From: Chlorokybus atmophyticus
Lineage: Eukaryota > Plantae > Mesostigma and Chlorokybus algae
DNA: 64,000 nucleotides
Direction of reading: 5' to 3'
Assembly (NCBI GenBank): GCA_009103225.1
Contig: RHPI01003536.1
Span: 1-64,000, forward strand
Position 1 is the first letter of the stretch; the number at the start of each line of letters is the position of its first letter. Below are positions 1-13,200 of this stretch, in pieces. Under the pieces are notes generated by a model. It saw nothing but the letters and a program-made list of their open reading frames with translations. It had not been told where the DNA came from and searched no databases. The translations under genes were made by a program, and so were the position numbers.

Positions 1-46
1 CCCTAACCCTAACCCTAACCCTAACCCTAACCCTAACCCTAACCCT
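1..46 (+). repeat. Telomere, (CCCTAA)7 + CCCT (TTAGGG type)
   Basis: Seven perfect CCCTAA units start at base 1 of the window. Confidence 0.97.
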
Positions 47-448
47 GCTGGAGCTAGCCTGGCGCGACGCCGCGCCTTTGCCAAAGTTGTCGAGCTTCTT
101 TGAGATGTCCATGACCGCTTGGATAGTCAGGGGGTTGCCTGCCGCCATCGTCGCCATCACTTCAGTGCGGTTCGCTCAGCACGTCTGGATGGAGCCCACG
201 CCTCGCACTGTCCCTAGGTCACGGCTCCGCTGCCGCACCGTTTCCATGTGCACAAGCAGGCTGTCAGAGCCAGGTGGCGCGTGGCGCTGCTGTGGGCGCG
301 GGCGCGGAGGGTCGCGGGTCGCCAGAGCGAGCGGATCGCCGGGCGCTAATTGCATCGGGCTCTCGGCCGCGGTCCACACCTGTTCCAGGGCCTTGCGGGA
401 CGACACGTACAAGGTTGTCTGGTGGACCCGTGTAAACAGAGTTGACAT
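47..448 (-). pseudogene. Coding-like remnant that runs into the telomere
   Basis: ORF 176-448 continues past one in-frame TGA as ANRTEVMATMAAGNPLTIQAVMDISKKLDNFGKGAASRQASSS, then enters (GGGTTA)n with no stop. No family recognised. Confidence 0.4.
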
Positions 449-914
449 GTATGCTTATAGAATAAGTGCCCGAGCCTGCCACATACATAACATGTTTCAC
501 ACAAACTTATTCACCTTGAAACCCTACTGCGTTAGTAGGACACCGCACCGCCATTTGAAGTGAATGTCGAGCTTAGGTACGCGGTGGAAGCTATATTGGA
601 TCATAAGCTAACAGCCGAGGATACAATTTGCTACATGATAAAATATAGAATGGGTATGGCCCTGAATATAACAATTGGACCTTTCAATTGCCATAATTTG
701 TATTAGGCCCGACACACATTTTACGCACTTTCGATAGCTTCTGACTTGTCGCGATTTCCACCAACGCTCAGAAGTTGTTGGGCTTGGTATAATCAGACAA
801 GCAATGCAATTCATGATCACCTTAACCTTATTAATGCAAAAAAAAGCTTGCTAACCGCTTTGAAAGCACAATGAACTCGAGTTCAATCATTAATGGCTAC
901 GTTGACTTATTGTT

Positions 915-937
915 GGGGGGGGGGGGGGGGGGGGGGG
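915..937 (+). repeat. G23 homopolymer
   Basis: Seen directly. Similar G/C tracts flank most N gaps. Confidence 0.9.
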
Positions 938-2829
938 CTTGACACTTATACTAGTAATGATCAACAACTGTAATATTACTATGCATTTCAACAGTGACGG
1001 TTAAAACGCAACGATGCAGTTAAATACAATTGTACCGGTTTTGCATCANGTATGCACGTAAATATACATACACGTTAATGCGTATTATTATCACATTTTA
1101 CATGTGATTCTTTAATTACAACTACTAATGTTGCGTATTAGGTGCATCATGATGGCACCTTATCCACGGTCCAAGAAAGCTTTATTTGCTTACATGAAAC
1201 TTGAATGATAACCTTATCTGATATACATGGGCCATATATCTTCAGCCCTGTATAGGGTTGATAATTTTTGTGTATGTCATGTAGATGTTATTAAGCTCAT
1301 CACTTCTATTCATACTCACTTAATATATAAAGAAGGCCCCAACGATACGACCCCAATCACTTCCCAGTCCAAAGCTGCAACAAGCCTGTAAGCCCTAGCA
1401 ACACCACGCCGGCGAGTTGACAGGCTTGTCGCAATAGTAAGGTTGTTGAAATAAAGGATGTATGGGTTGTCACGCGCAAGCCTGTCACATCAGCCTGCCG
1501 TATAAGAGCACTCTTTGAAGTTTCAACAGATATCGTGTTGCAAATTATAACATCCACCGTCATTGACCATTTTTCAGCGATATAAAATGATTCATCATTA
1601 CTAATGATTCATTCAAATATGTTTGATACCTTGTTATACATACATCTTTTGCGCTATACTAACTCATATTAATAAGGAACAATGGCCGGCATAATGTGTT
1701 TTCGTTTATCAACTGTTGTAGTACTCTCGTGTTAAATTTCATCTTGTAGACCGTAAGTTACGGCCCGTTGCGCTTGTAACTTATGGGCGTCTCGCGGCAA
1801 GTTAATCATGCGAAAATCCGAATCTTCCGCGCCATTCGCTGAAATGCTTTATGCTATGAACAACCTTGTCATTTCCAAGTGTGCAACAACTTTAGCACGC
1901 GAACTTGATGGCAATGGGCAATATGCGTATTGCTTAGCACCACGACACGCATCACTATCGACGTGTGCGTAATATACTAGAAAAGCAATTCTTTTAATTG
2001 GATTGTTGAGCAGCGTAACTGCCACTATAGCATACAAGACTTTTCATCTACATGATGAAGACGTTAAACACGCCAAACATCAGCAAAGGGCACCAGCTAC
2101 AAGATATATTTAAGGGTTTTGCCGTGATGAGTAATTGACTCGCTGTGCTAGATTGGCGGGCGCTAGCGGGTGAAGGGTATTGTGGAGATTGATAATTCAG
2201 TAGTATAATTATAATAATTCATAAGTACAACACATCACGCTCAATAGCATCAGCCAGAAGTGGCAATCAATTGTCGTGCATCCTCCTTACCCAAGTGGCA
2301 GCAAATATGTTATGAGTGGCAACTTAACACAATGACGCAAAAGTGATTATGAGGAGGGTGTAACAACAGGTTGCACTGCTACGTAGTTATGAACCGTTTT
2401 ACCCCATAACATGAGTTTTCCGTGCTGGATTATTGATGCACCGCCTGCCGCTGCAATAGCGTACCACACTTGCATTAGGCCAATTACTGCAACCGGGCTC
2501 CAGCGTTCAACCGCAAACATGGGTACTATATGTGAATATGACAAGACATCGACTTACTTCATCTCGGAAACGGAGGAGGTGCTATGCTTTCCCTTTGCCA
2601 TAATAGCATCTACGCAATCGGCAATGCCGAGGACATGTTCGACCTTGACAAAATGACCTTGACAAGGCACTCGACACACTTGTATTACATGCACGCACGC
2701 GCATGCTGAACTTTCAGCCTGAAAGTGCCTACTAGCAATGAGGTGCATGACTTGGATACTGCTAGTACTACTTTTACAAGTCAAGAACACTGCAAGGGTT
2801 ACCGTATGTCAATATAGTGCTTATAGTGC

Positions 2830-5800
2830 TTTTAGCGAATGCATACTATCTACGGGTCATCGTCATTATACATGCCGCTATCAGTCTCCTCCTCATCATC
2901 AAGCTCCAGATATTCGTTGTCCAAATGTTGAGCGTCGTCCCGCATCCTCTCCCGTTTGAGATGTTCGTCATGCCAGCCCGTCTCACCCACATCCTCTCGC
3001 GTCAGAAATTCTGGCATCCACTCAGTCACGCTATACCGCTCAAACAACGCCCTCAACTGCTCATTAAGCGGTTGAAAGAACTCCACCAACATCGCATGCG
3101 TGTTGTTGGACATGGTTGGAGCGGGATACGTTGCGCATACGTGAAGAATGGACGTGGGCTTGTTGTGCACGACTCTGTCGGGGAGCGGGAGCTCGTACTC
3201 AATCCCGAGGTAGTCGAGCACGCTCATGATGGTGGCCTCGCGCTCGTACACCAACTGGTGAAAGTCCACAATGATGAATTGCTTCTGAGGTGGGAATAGC
3301 CTCCACCACGGATCCAACTGGACGGCATACCATGAGTCCAACAGCGGTGAAGGCCGACACTCCTCATAAACCTGCACAGTCATTAACATCCGCTCTCATG
3401 CAGGCAATGCATGTTGTTGGTGGCGGAGGTTGATGCATGAGTCAATTACCCGTGGCTTGGGGAGGTTTGTTCGTGCAGCCATGCAGGTGCGGGCCTCGGA
3501 CAAAACTTGTCGGGCCCAGTCATCAAATTGGACGTCGCACGGGATGTGCTTTTGCAAACGGCCGATGTGGCCGAACCACGACAGGGTGCGTTCGACGGGG
3601 TCGCGCAGGGTAACCATGAGCTTGAGTTCTGCGACGAGCCCGTGACGGGAGTAGTGCTGGCCGATTTGCAGCGCCGCGCTCAGCGTGCGCAAGTAGTCAG
3701 GCGTGCTGTCCATCACGTAACGCACCCTCTGCATGTGCCAGTGTCTGTTTGTGCATGCATGTGTGCATGCCCGTGAGCACGTGCACACGCGGGTGTAGGT
3801 GCTACTGGTGCGTGCTTCACCCACAGGCAAGGATGCATGCGCCCACGTGTGTGCATGTGCTTGCGGTGCAGTCTACGTGTGTATGCACATGTCGGCATGC
3901 GTGGGCCACGGGCCCGGCAGGCGAGTGCATATGTGGGCGTGTGCACGTCCCGGACCTTGTTGCATGCTGATGTTGTAACTATGAGTGCATCAGAGCATCA
4001 TCGTCAGCAAGACCACCACTCACCCCATCGGCGAGGCGGCTGTCAGAGCACGGGGGATAGCGCTGGGAGTATGCTGCCAACCACTCCGGCGTGGTGTGCG
4101 GCACCGACGGCTGGTCTGCAAAGTGAATCTCTTTCGTGTACTGGAGAACCTACTTGATCGGGAGCACACACACACTCATCAGTGCCGTGCGGTCGTGCGT
4201 TGGCTTTGGTTACTTTGCAGCTTGGTACGCAAAAAACCGACATGCCAAAGGGCTCACCTCTCCCTTGCCAAATGCTCGACTGCAGACGCACATGAAGTGT
4301 CAATGCCACGCCACGCTGTCAGCATTGCGTGTTGCAAGCGCACATACACACCTGACGACATAGCCCCAGAGAGTGGTGGAGCCACACTTCTGCCCGCCAA
4401 TGAGGAAGAGGTTGGGCAGCGGGTGGCCTTTGTAGCACGGCGCGCCACCCGCGGTCCTGCTCAACACCTGCACCTCATCATCCTCGCCATCAACACCACG
4501 CCCTCCAGCCAGCAGTAGCGCCCTCCTCGGTGCGCGCTCCCCGCGTGCATGCGCAGTGGAGGCGCAGGCAAGGGGGACAACAACAAGCACGACAAGGAGG
4601 AGGCGGGGCAAGATGGGACGATGGGGAAGAAGCATATGCATGGCTAGAGCGGTTGGTTGAAAAATTGCGCTCTCATCAACCAACCAACTTGTCGTCGCTG
4701 CTTGTGGTGCTGCGGTGTACACAGACCACCCGGTCAGTCAACACGAAGGTGCAATGCCGCGTGCACTGCACCGCATACGAACATGGGTACACAAGACTGT
4801 CCATGTGTGAGTAGTTACTGTGCAGCTATGTGCGTGCGCGCAATGCTGCTGCTGCTCGCAGTGCGTGACAATGGACTCTCAACATGGATACAATCTGATG
4901 TTTCAAAGGCATCCCGCACCTCAAGGCAGGCAGCGGCATGCGCATGCAGCAAAAAGTGTGAGAAGCGGGTTTGCAGGTGGTCTACAGCATGCAGCCGCTG
5001 AATGACAAGAGCTCTCAGGCATGTGGTCGGAGAGCAATGCAGTGCTCTTGTACAGCGACGACGACCCTGCCGACGACGCCGACGACGCCGACGCCTTGGA
5101 GACCACTCGAGGATAGTACGTGTAGCCCGTGCTATTCGTGTGCAAAAATGTGGGGCGTGCAACAGTCTTTTCACCGTTCATCAGCCAATCAATGCAATGC
5201 AGGCGTAAAGACTTGGTCACGCAGCCTGTGTGACACACATACGGTGGCGTCTGGTCTAGGCCTAGGCCTACTTGATGGCGACTGCCAGAAATGTTCCGAT
5301 AGTTTTCGCATGCATCGGATAAGTCCACAAACGAAAGTTCGCAGCAGTTTGTTTAGTCATTAGTCAAATGCAGATGCGTGTTTCACTGCCCCCTAAACTA
5401 CGTGTAAACTACGTGTTACGCTTAGAGGCTCTGCCGCAGTGGCCCTGTCTACGGGCATACCATTTGTAGTTGAACAGTTGCAGCGTCTGTGGTGCCAAGC
5501 GGGACTAAAAACTCCATCTCAAAAGAAACAACAAGCGAAGCATTCAGCAGTCCGGTAATGTCGCGAATTGACTGACGAGACACGGTCAGACGATGACATC
5601 GACGTTCGACGATGCAAGTCACACCATGTGACCGCGTCACATTTTGGTTCGTTGGGCTGATAACTGCGACATCACACTACGACGTAACAGCACATGACAC
5701 GTCTGGGATAATACGCGTGCAACATGTGGATCGGGTGGCTATCATACTTGTGCTTTGCCAAGACCAAATAACACACATGCCTAGAATCATAGACTTAATC

Positions 5801-7140
5801 GACCGTGTTTGTTGTTGGGTTGCGTATCTTCGTGTACTTTTAGATACATGCCTTTTCTGGTCATGAGTACAATATAGGTATGGGCAAAACGTTGATGTGA
5901 AGTTGTGATGATTGATGACGCACATCGGTGCAATGTTAAACGTATAATGTAATATTAGTTCAGCATGCCCAAGCCTGCAAACATAGTTACCACGATATAT
6001 GTTGGATCGAGCACAATTTGCGCAAAAATAACTTTTTCGGAGCATTAATACTTTTAGCAAACATATTTACCGTTTTATTGCATATTTTGCGTGCGGAATG
6101 TAATAGCTTGTGCAATAATTTCATAGTACATTATGCGATCGCAGCCTGTCAGCGGTTGCACGATAAACAAATAGGCCTTTCTTCTTTTTCACGTCAAACT
6201 GCTATATCAATTGCTCAACGATCTAAATAAATGGACATCATAAATGATTCTTTCATATATGCTATGAACACTTCCACTATGCCATGTTACTCAAAATGAG
6301 ACACATTTAAAAGAAGTTTAACATTCTACAAAAACCAAGTACCTTGAGATTACAACCCGATCATGCCTACATCGTAGGAAGTTGTGTTGTATATATATAC
6401 ACATAGATATGCTGGCAACTGTTGCTGCAGTAAATGGGTGATTGCACAAATAGTCACACACTTGTATGCACAATGTAATGTGCATTGTGCTACCAACATG
6501 TATGGCCGCAAACTCCAACACGACAGGGTGCCAGTTACTCGGCAGCACACAATACACTGGATATTATGTCTACTCCTAGACTTCATTGCTGCATGATATG
6601 GGTGCATGTTCAACACAGTAACCGATTTGTTGACAATTAACGAGGCTAAGGTTTGCGCCAGCCTGATAAGAGGCTGACGCAGACCAAGATGGTAGCCTGC
6701 TTGTCAACAAAAGGCCGGAACTCAGAGAGCCCCTTGATAGTTAACTTCAATCCCCNNNNNNNNNNNNNNNNNNNNNNNNNNNNNNNNNNNNNNNNNNNNN
6801 NNNNNNNNNNNNNNNNNNNNNNNNNNNNNNNNNNNNNNNNNNNNNNNNNNNNNNNNNNNNNNNNNNNNNNNNNNNNNNNNCCCCCCCCCCCCCCCCCTTA
6901 TTAGCTTCGAGGCCAGCTCCACTAGGCTTTGCACCTGGTAGGGCACTAGATAAGTTATTTAGTGCGCCGTAGCCTCCAGCAGATGTCCTTACGAAAATGT
7001 GCGCGATACGGCAGCAGGACGGCCAACAATGCCCCGGCGGAACTTAAAGTGTCGCGAGTTTAAACCTCTTGTTGACAATTAACGAGCACCGCTTGTATAC
7101 AACACAACCTTCTATGCCACAAGTGGCATAACAGAGGTCT
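2830..7140. repeat. Segmental duplication, direct paralogue of about 52845-60230 (and in part 21810-24060)
   Basis: The sulfotransferase gene and several kb of upstream non-coding DNA align by eye, e.g. 6620-6650 vs 59880-59915 and 6960-7130 vs 60065-60220. Confidence 0.85.
2850..4641 (-). CDS. Sulfotransferase copy A (HS 3-O-sulfotransferase/NDST-like), signal anchor, 5 exons, about 412 aa, apparently intact
   Basis: Exons 4641-4352, 4279-4258, 4149-4024, 3728-3450 and 3371-2850 have GT-AG ends and compatible phases. Motifs: 5'-PSB PNLFLIGGQKCGSTTL, KEIHF, DSTPDY, 3'-PB LRDPVERTLSWF, C-terminal YP..M...FFQPLNEQL. Hydrophobic N-terminus. Confidence 0.85.
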
Positions 7141-7619
7141 GCTACATTGGCAACTGCCATGTCCGTGCTGATGCTCAACGACGGTATACAGCCAGCAGCG
7201 GCGGCTTAAATGGCAGCGTGTGCACGCCTGCGTATTCACACATATCGGAGGGCAACGATACCAAGGAGCGGGCAGAAGCAGAGGTGCTGTGGGGCCTTCC
7301 CCCACTTGGGGAGGAGGATACACTTGCAACCCCTGGCGAAGAGAGTGCTGCAAACGTTGACCGTAATGACGACCAGCATTAAGTTGCTGTGCATAATGCA
7401 CTTATCAGTCGTTTGCATCATTCGCACTGATTAGGAATGTCAAAGCCATGTTGGCTGCGTAAGAGGATACAGAGGATGCTGGGACAAATGACACATATAA
7501 CTGTGAGTATGACTGGGAAGAATCAGGTAAGGATAGCAGAGTCACTTGTGGGTTTTATAGTAGTGCTTGTTTGCAGCTTGTTAATGAGTCACACGCATTT
7601 GCCAACACGATGCTTGATA

Positions 7620-7836
7620 TAGCCTACTAGCAATACATGGACCGACGAGACTATGACAGCGAATCAACATCCTTTCGGACGATTAAGGGCCATATGCCAT
7701 TGTATGCAGGATGCAAGTGGACAGTGCTTCAGGTCACCTGAAACACTGTGGATACCACGGTGGTGTTCATCCGTTTGAAGTGCAATCACGACAACAACAT
7801 GCGAAACACGACCTTCACTCAGATGCTCCATGTATA
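7620..7836 (+). pseudogene. CACTA/EnSpm transposase remnant, 5' part
   Basis: KGHMPLYAGCKWTVLQ...FIRLKC...TTFTQMLHVY resembles the PLY.GC...LK...F..LL segment upstream of Transposase_21. It joins in frame with 15402 onward. Confidence 0.65.
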
Positions 7837-8264
7837 CATACACATTTTTTTCCACGGACCAGCTCTGATTCGCATGTACGGACCAGGACACAAAACACCC
7901 GGGCGGCTTGGAGTCCGGACCAGGGTCGCCCGTCTTGGTCCATACGCGGGGGGATCAAGGCTGGTCCAAACGGAACGTAATTGTCCCACGGTCCCCCGAA
8001 AACCGGGCTAACCCAAGTGCTGATTGAAAGCGACAAGATTCAGACCAAGGCTGGTTCTTTTGCATGGACCATTTTCGTTGAACGAAGTGCTTCGCAAGTT
8101 AAATGAAGCCATGGTCCGAAGCAACGGACCATGGCTGGTGCGTTTGGCGGAAACCATGTGTGGCGCGTGATCAGTCGTGATGTGGATGCGTAGCCGACCA
8201 GCAGATGATAAACTAACCGGTGGCAGTAAACAATGCTGTTAATTGATTGAATTATAACCTAACT

Positions 8265-8312
8265 ACGGTTAGTCGCAGCCGACCGCGGTTAGCCGCAGCC
8301 GACCGCGGTTAG
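8265..8312 (+). repeat. Short 20-bp tandem repeat (cggttagYcgcagccgaccg x2 plus a partial unit)
   Basis: Seen directly. Confidence 0.7.
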
Positions 8313-8915
8313 GCCGCCGCTGCTTGTGGCCTGGCGGGCGGCCTGGTGCTCCATACCAAGAGCACCAGGCCACGCCGCTGGCCTGGTCATGCGGGTTGCT
8401 TCCAGCATGACCAAGCCAAGGATGGTTGCCAAGGCGTCCTCAACTGCCGCCCTGCACACTCTTGACCTGACGTTTTGCACGCCATGACGACCACATGCAT
8501 AGAGGCGTTCATGCACGAATGACACTTATTTACACATAGTAGTCTACCAAGCAACTGCATGCAATGCAAGCATACAAAGCACATTTGGTTGGCAAGTTAA
8601 GAGCAATAATGGTATAGCGTTAATAGTTGTTTGTATGTAGCAACTACACAAGCACACAACCACCTACAACGGTGTTACCTACTCAAATACCTACTCAAGC
8701 CTACTACAGGTTGAGTGCATCACCTAGCTGCACAGTACACAAACACAAAAACAAGCACATGCACCCACGCACATGATCAATCGCACACTCAGTCAGACAC
8801 GCACAAATCACAACCACAGTGTAACAGTCGAGGCCAAGTTTCATAATCTTAAGATCTTTTTGGGCCCATTTATCGAGCATCACGTTTTTATGACTTGTGA
8901 TGGATGTCGGTGAGT

Positions 8916-9327
8916 TGTAAGTCTGCCGTAGATATCAACCGGGGCCCAAGACCAGTCTGGAAGGTGCCAGAAAACGGAGGGCCAGTCGAGAAGGGCTCGA
9001 CCAGATTTTTGGAAGGATCTAGCGCCAAATAGTATAACATAATAATTATCCTAGCAGCATATGAGGAGATCTATGGAGCGTAGGAAAGGTCTAAGAGTGT
9101 ACTACAAGATTCTGCAAGAATATCTTAGCTTTTAGTTCTATTTAGCGCTAGAATTGTCTAGTTAGTAGCATGTGCAGGTCGGTAGGTATAAAAGAGACAT
9201 TTCAAAATGTGCAAAACAACATTTAACTCCCTAGTCTCTTGTGTGCAAGCTTGGTGGTGGTTAGCAAGCGTTGCTAGCGTATGTCCACTAGTGTGTGCTT
9301 GCTAGTGTGACGATCCAAGGCGTTACA
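8916..9327 (+). mobile_element. Solo LTR (412 bp)
   Basis: Termini TGTAA...TTACA. TATAAAAG near 9187. Flanks TGAGT and CAAGT fit a 5-bp TSD CGAGT after CpG decay. Confidence 0.65.
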
Positions 9328-10221
9328 CAAGTCGGTGTGTAGCTTTGAGCGAATGCGCGTGCGTACGCGAGTGGCGGGGGCGCGTGTGTGCTTGGCAGAG
9401 GGGGCAAGGTTCTGGTGTGATTACCGTGTCTTGGTGAGAGGGTTGTTGCTTGGACCAACTCACAGGTGACAAGGCACGAGCACCGTCACACTTGTACCTG
9501 CCAGCCTCACGCCCGGGCCTCCCTCCTGGTTGAGTGTCACACCTTAACTGTTGTGCGGGGCATGCACGTGTGTATCCGTTTGTTCAAAAGCAAGCGTGAT
9601 TGTTGGTATGCATTGCGCATGGTGTGCGTGCATGAGCGAAATTGTTTCATCTTGTGACGACCAACGACCAAGCTATAGTAGGACTGGACAGGCCGGCTGT
9701 TTGTCCCTGCGGCACTGGACTTGTCAAAATTGACGCTTTTGCAGTGGTTGCGTAACCTCGCCACGTGTGCGCCCTGTGCGCATCAGCATGTGTAAGTGCA
9801 TAAGCTCGTGCACCAGCTGATATGTCTGCTATGCATGCGCGCGTGTATCTCATGGTGCAATTGTTGGTGTGTAAGAATTGGTAGTACCTGCTTGTTTGTG
9901 TGTGTACGTGTACTCACAAGTGCTCACTTCTGTGCAACTTGTTCACATGCAATTGCACCACATGTACACCAACATATCACAATGCACGTACTACACGCCC
10001 ATGCGCAGGTGGAACAGCACAGCATACACAACAGGCCGAGGTCAAGGAGCGCGAGTACATCAGCGACAACAAGACCAGCAACTATCGCATGACCCTGCAC
10101 CCACTGCGCAGCAGATATGTGTTGTTGTGTGATGGTTGTAAGTAAATCATTGTTGTATTTGTTCTAAACACAGACGCACAAACAAACAATGAAGTGTGCA
10201 TTGTTTGTCTATGCAACAATG

Positions 10222-13200
10222 CCTGATAGGCTGCACTGAACAGTGCAGCCTATGAGGCAGCCTATGAGCCCAACAATGGCAATTGGCTCATAGGCTGCAC
10301 TGAACAGTGCGGTGTATGAGCCCAAGTACAACTCCAAATATACACGTGCACATTCACACATGAGTAATGTCTCCCAACACACACAGACACACTCGTGCGG
10401 ATATGTGCACGCACGCATGCACGCACACACGCACACTCGTGCACTTGCGCATACACACTGATCGCACCTTGAAGATGGGTTTGAGCAGCTGGGGCCAGGT
10501 GGTAGTAGTAGTGCTATGTTCCCAAAGCTGCACTACAAACTTGTTCTCTGTTCAGCAGCGAGTTGCTTATTGCCAGCTTGGGGGACAGTTCACGCGCCTG
10601 TGCGTGCACGTGCGCATAAGCACATGCGCGTTCACATGCACGTGCGCGCATGCTTGTAGATATGTGCACATCTCTGCGAGGAGGAAGCAGGGGGGGGGGG
10701 GGGGNNNNNNNNNNNNNNNNNNNNNNNNNNNNNNNNNNNNNNNNNNNNNNNNNNNNNNNNNNNNNNNNNNNNNNNNNNNNNNNNNNNNNNNNNNNNNNNN
10801 NNNNNNNNNNNNNNNNNNNNNNNNNNNNNNNNNNNNNNNNNNNNNNNNNNNNNNNNNNNNNNNNNNNNNNNNNNNNNNNNNNNNNNNNNNNNNNNNNNNN
10901 NNNNNNNNNNNNNNNNNNNNNNNNNNNNNNNNNNNNNNNNNNNNNNNNNNNNNNNNNNNNNNNNNNNNNNNNNNNNNNNNNNNNNNNNNNNNNNNNNNNN
11001 NNNNNNNNNNNNNNNNNNNNNNNNNNNNNNNNNNNNNNNNNNNNNNNNNNNNNNNNNNNNNNNNNNNNNNNNNNNNNNNNNNNNNNNNNNNNNNNNNNNN
11101 NNNNNNNNNNNNNNNNNNNNNNNNNNNNNNNNNNNNNNNNNNNNNNNNNCCCCTGCCAGTTACCTTGAGGTCCAGCTGCAGCGCCCCCAGTCTTTACGAT
11201 GCGAAGAGCAGCAGCGTCGGGCTGTCCCCACGAACGGTGACACCCTTGATAACCACTGCGCCGTTAACCACCTCGCACGGTGTTGGGGGCAGGCCCTCCG
11301 CGGCGGGCTGGCAATGTTTGTCTTGGGGACATGCTCATCTGTATGTGAAGAAGTCAAGTTAACAAGAGCCACATACGCGGACACGTGCACCGGCAGGCTC
11401 CCAGCGCGGGCAATGCATTGTTGAACAGGCATGCAAGCTGTGCCATGAGCTGCTGGTCTGAATGGAGTCTGAACAGGCGATGAGCTGGCGGTGGCACATA
11501 CCTGAGCGCTCTAGTGTGTACACGTACAATGACGATCATCGTGTTCTTTTACAATGTACTGAACACACACACACACACAATAATCCTACAATGATACATC
11601 AAACACGACACCACACATGCATTTATGCGTACCTGGCTGAAGGAGACACCCAGCCTGGTGTGGTCTTGAGGAGGAAGCTGGCCAGCAGCTGGCGCGGACA
11701 CCATTGTCACCGCTCCTTGCTGCACCATCGCATGGGAGAACTAGCTAAAGGCCTGGGCCGCGCACAACTTCCAACTCGCTTGCGCTGGAGCTGGAGGCAC
11801 TTTTCTGCAGATACGGGGTAAACCATGTTTTACGCATGAAGGTGCACAAGCTGCAATGCAGCAATCATCAACACGAAACACATACCAACTTCTCCTCTTT
11901 GCCCTCGTGGCGGAAAGGACCCTTCCGCTCTCTCCCTGCTGAGCACTGGTCAGCGCGGCGTCTGGCACCATCCTGTACGTGCTGAGCAGGAGTGAGCAGA
12001 GGAGCAAGCGCACGCACATGCACGCATGCTTGTATGCACGTCGCCTAAGGAGAAGGGGGGGGNCCCTGCTAGGGGGGGGGACACAGCTGTTCACAGGCAT
12101 AGCGTATACACGGAAGTGTCTCATTGACAACACCGACCAGCGCCTTTGAGACAGTTGCTACAGGCGGGTTCGTAGGCAGCACTGGCGCAGTGCGGCCTAT
12201 GAGATATAAGCGTGCTCATAGACCGCACCGACCTACAACCTCCACAATTACTCATGCGTGCGCAGCAACACACGCACATGCACACGCTCACCGCAAATAC
12301 ATGCACACACACTCACGCGCGTGCTCACGCAAACACACACATTTATTGCACCTTGATTATAATAGAAGGCACGCACACGCTGGCGATGTAGTGCGATTAC
12401 GCAAATCCGTGCACTACAAACACGTTCTCTTCAGCAGAGGGGTGCTGATCGCCAGCTCGGGGGGCATTGTGCGTATTTGCGCGTTTGCATGCGCACGCAA
12501 GCTTGTATGCGTGTGCACATCTCTCTGTAAGGAGGAAGAGGTAGAGGGGAGGGCGGCAACACCAATTTGCATGCATAGCGTACACACAGGATTGGCTCAT
12601 AGGCCGCACTGAACAATACGGCCCATGAGCCAGCCAACAGTAAGTGGCTCATAGACCGCAAAGAACAAAGCGGCCCATGAGCCAGCCTATGAGGCACTAT
12701 CATAGCTAATAACCCAACAGATGTGTGCACACACACTCATCGCACCTTGAAGAGGTTGGAAGTACGGGGAGCTACAGCAAGGTAGTGCTTGCATATGCAA
12801 AGCCATGGGTTGCTTGTTGGCAGATTGGAAGCAGTCCGCATACCTGCGCGTGCGCGTGCATGTCAGCGCATGCATGTGCGCATCTTGACACATGCATGCG
12901 TGCATGCTTGTATGCGTGTGCGCATATCTATAAAGAGGNNNNNNNNNNNNNNNNNNNNNNNNNNNNNNNNNNNNNNNNNNNNNNNNNNNNNNNNNNNNNN
13001 NNNNNNNNNNNNNNNNNNNNNNNNNNNNNNNNNNNNNNNNNNNNNNNNNNNNNNNNNNNNNNNNNNNNNNNNNNNNNNNNNNNNNNNNNNNNNNNNNNNN
13101 NNNNNNNNNNNNNNNNNNNNNNNNNNNNNNNNNNNNNNNNNNNNNNNNNNNNNNNNNNNNNNNNNNNNNNNNNNNNNNNNNNNNNNNNNNNNNNNNNNNN

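Noticed and set aside
6629-6645. TTGACA as a bacterial -35 promoter
   Set aside because: The context is eukaryotic and there is no matching -10 or downstream prokaryotic ORF.
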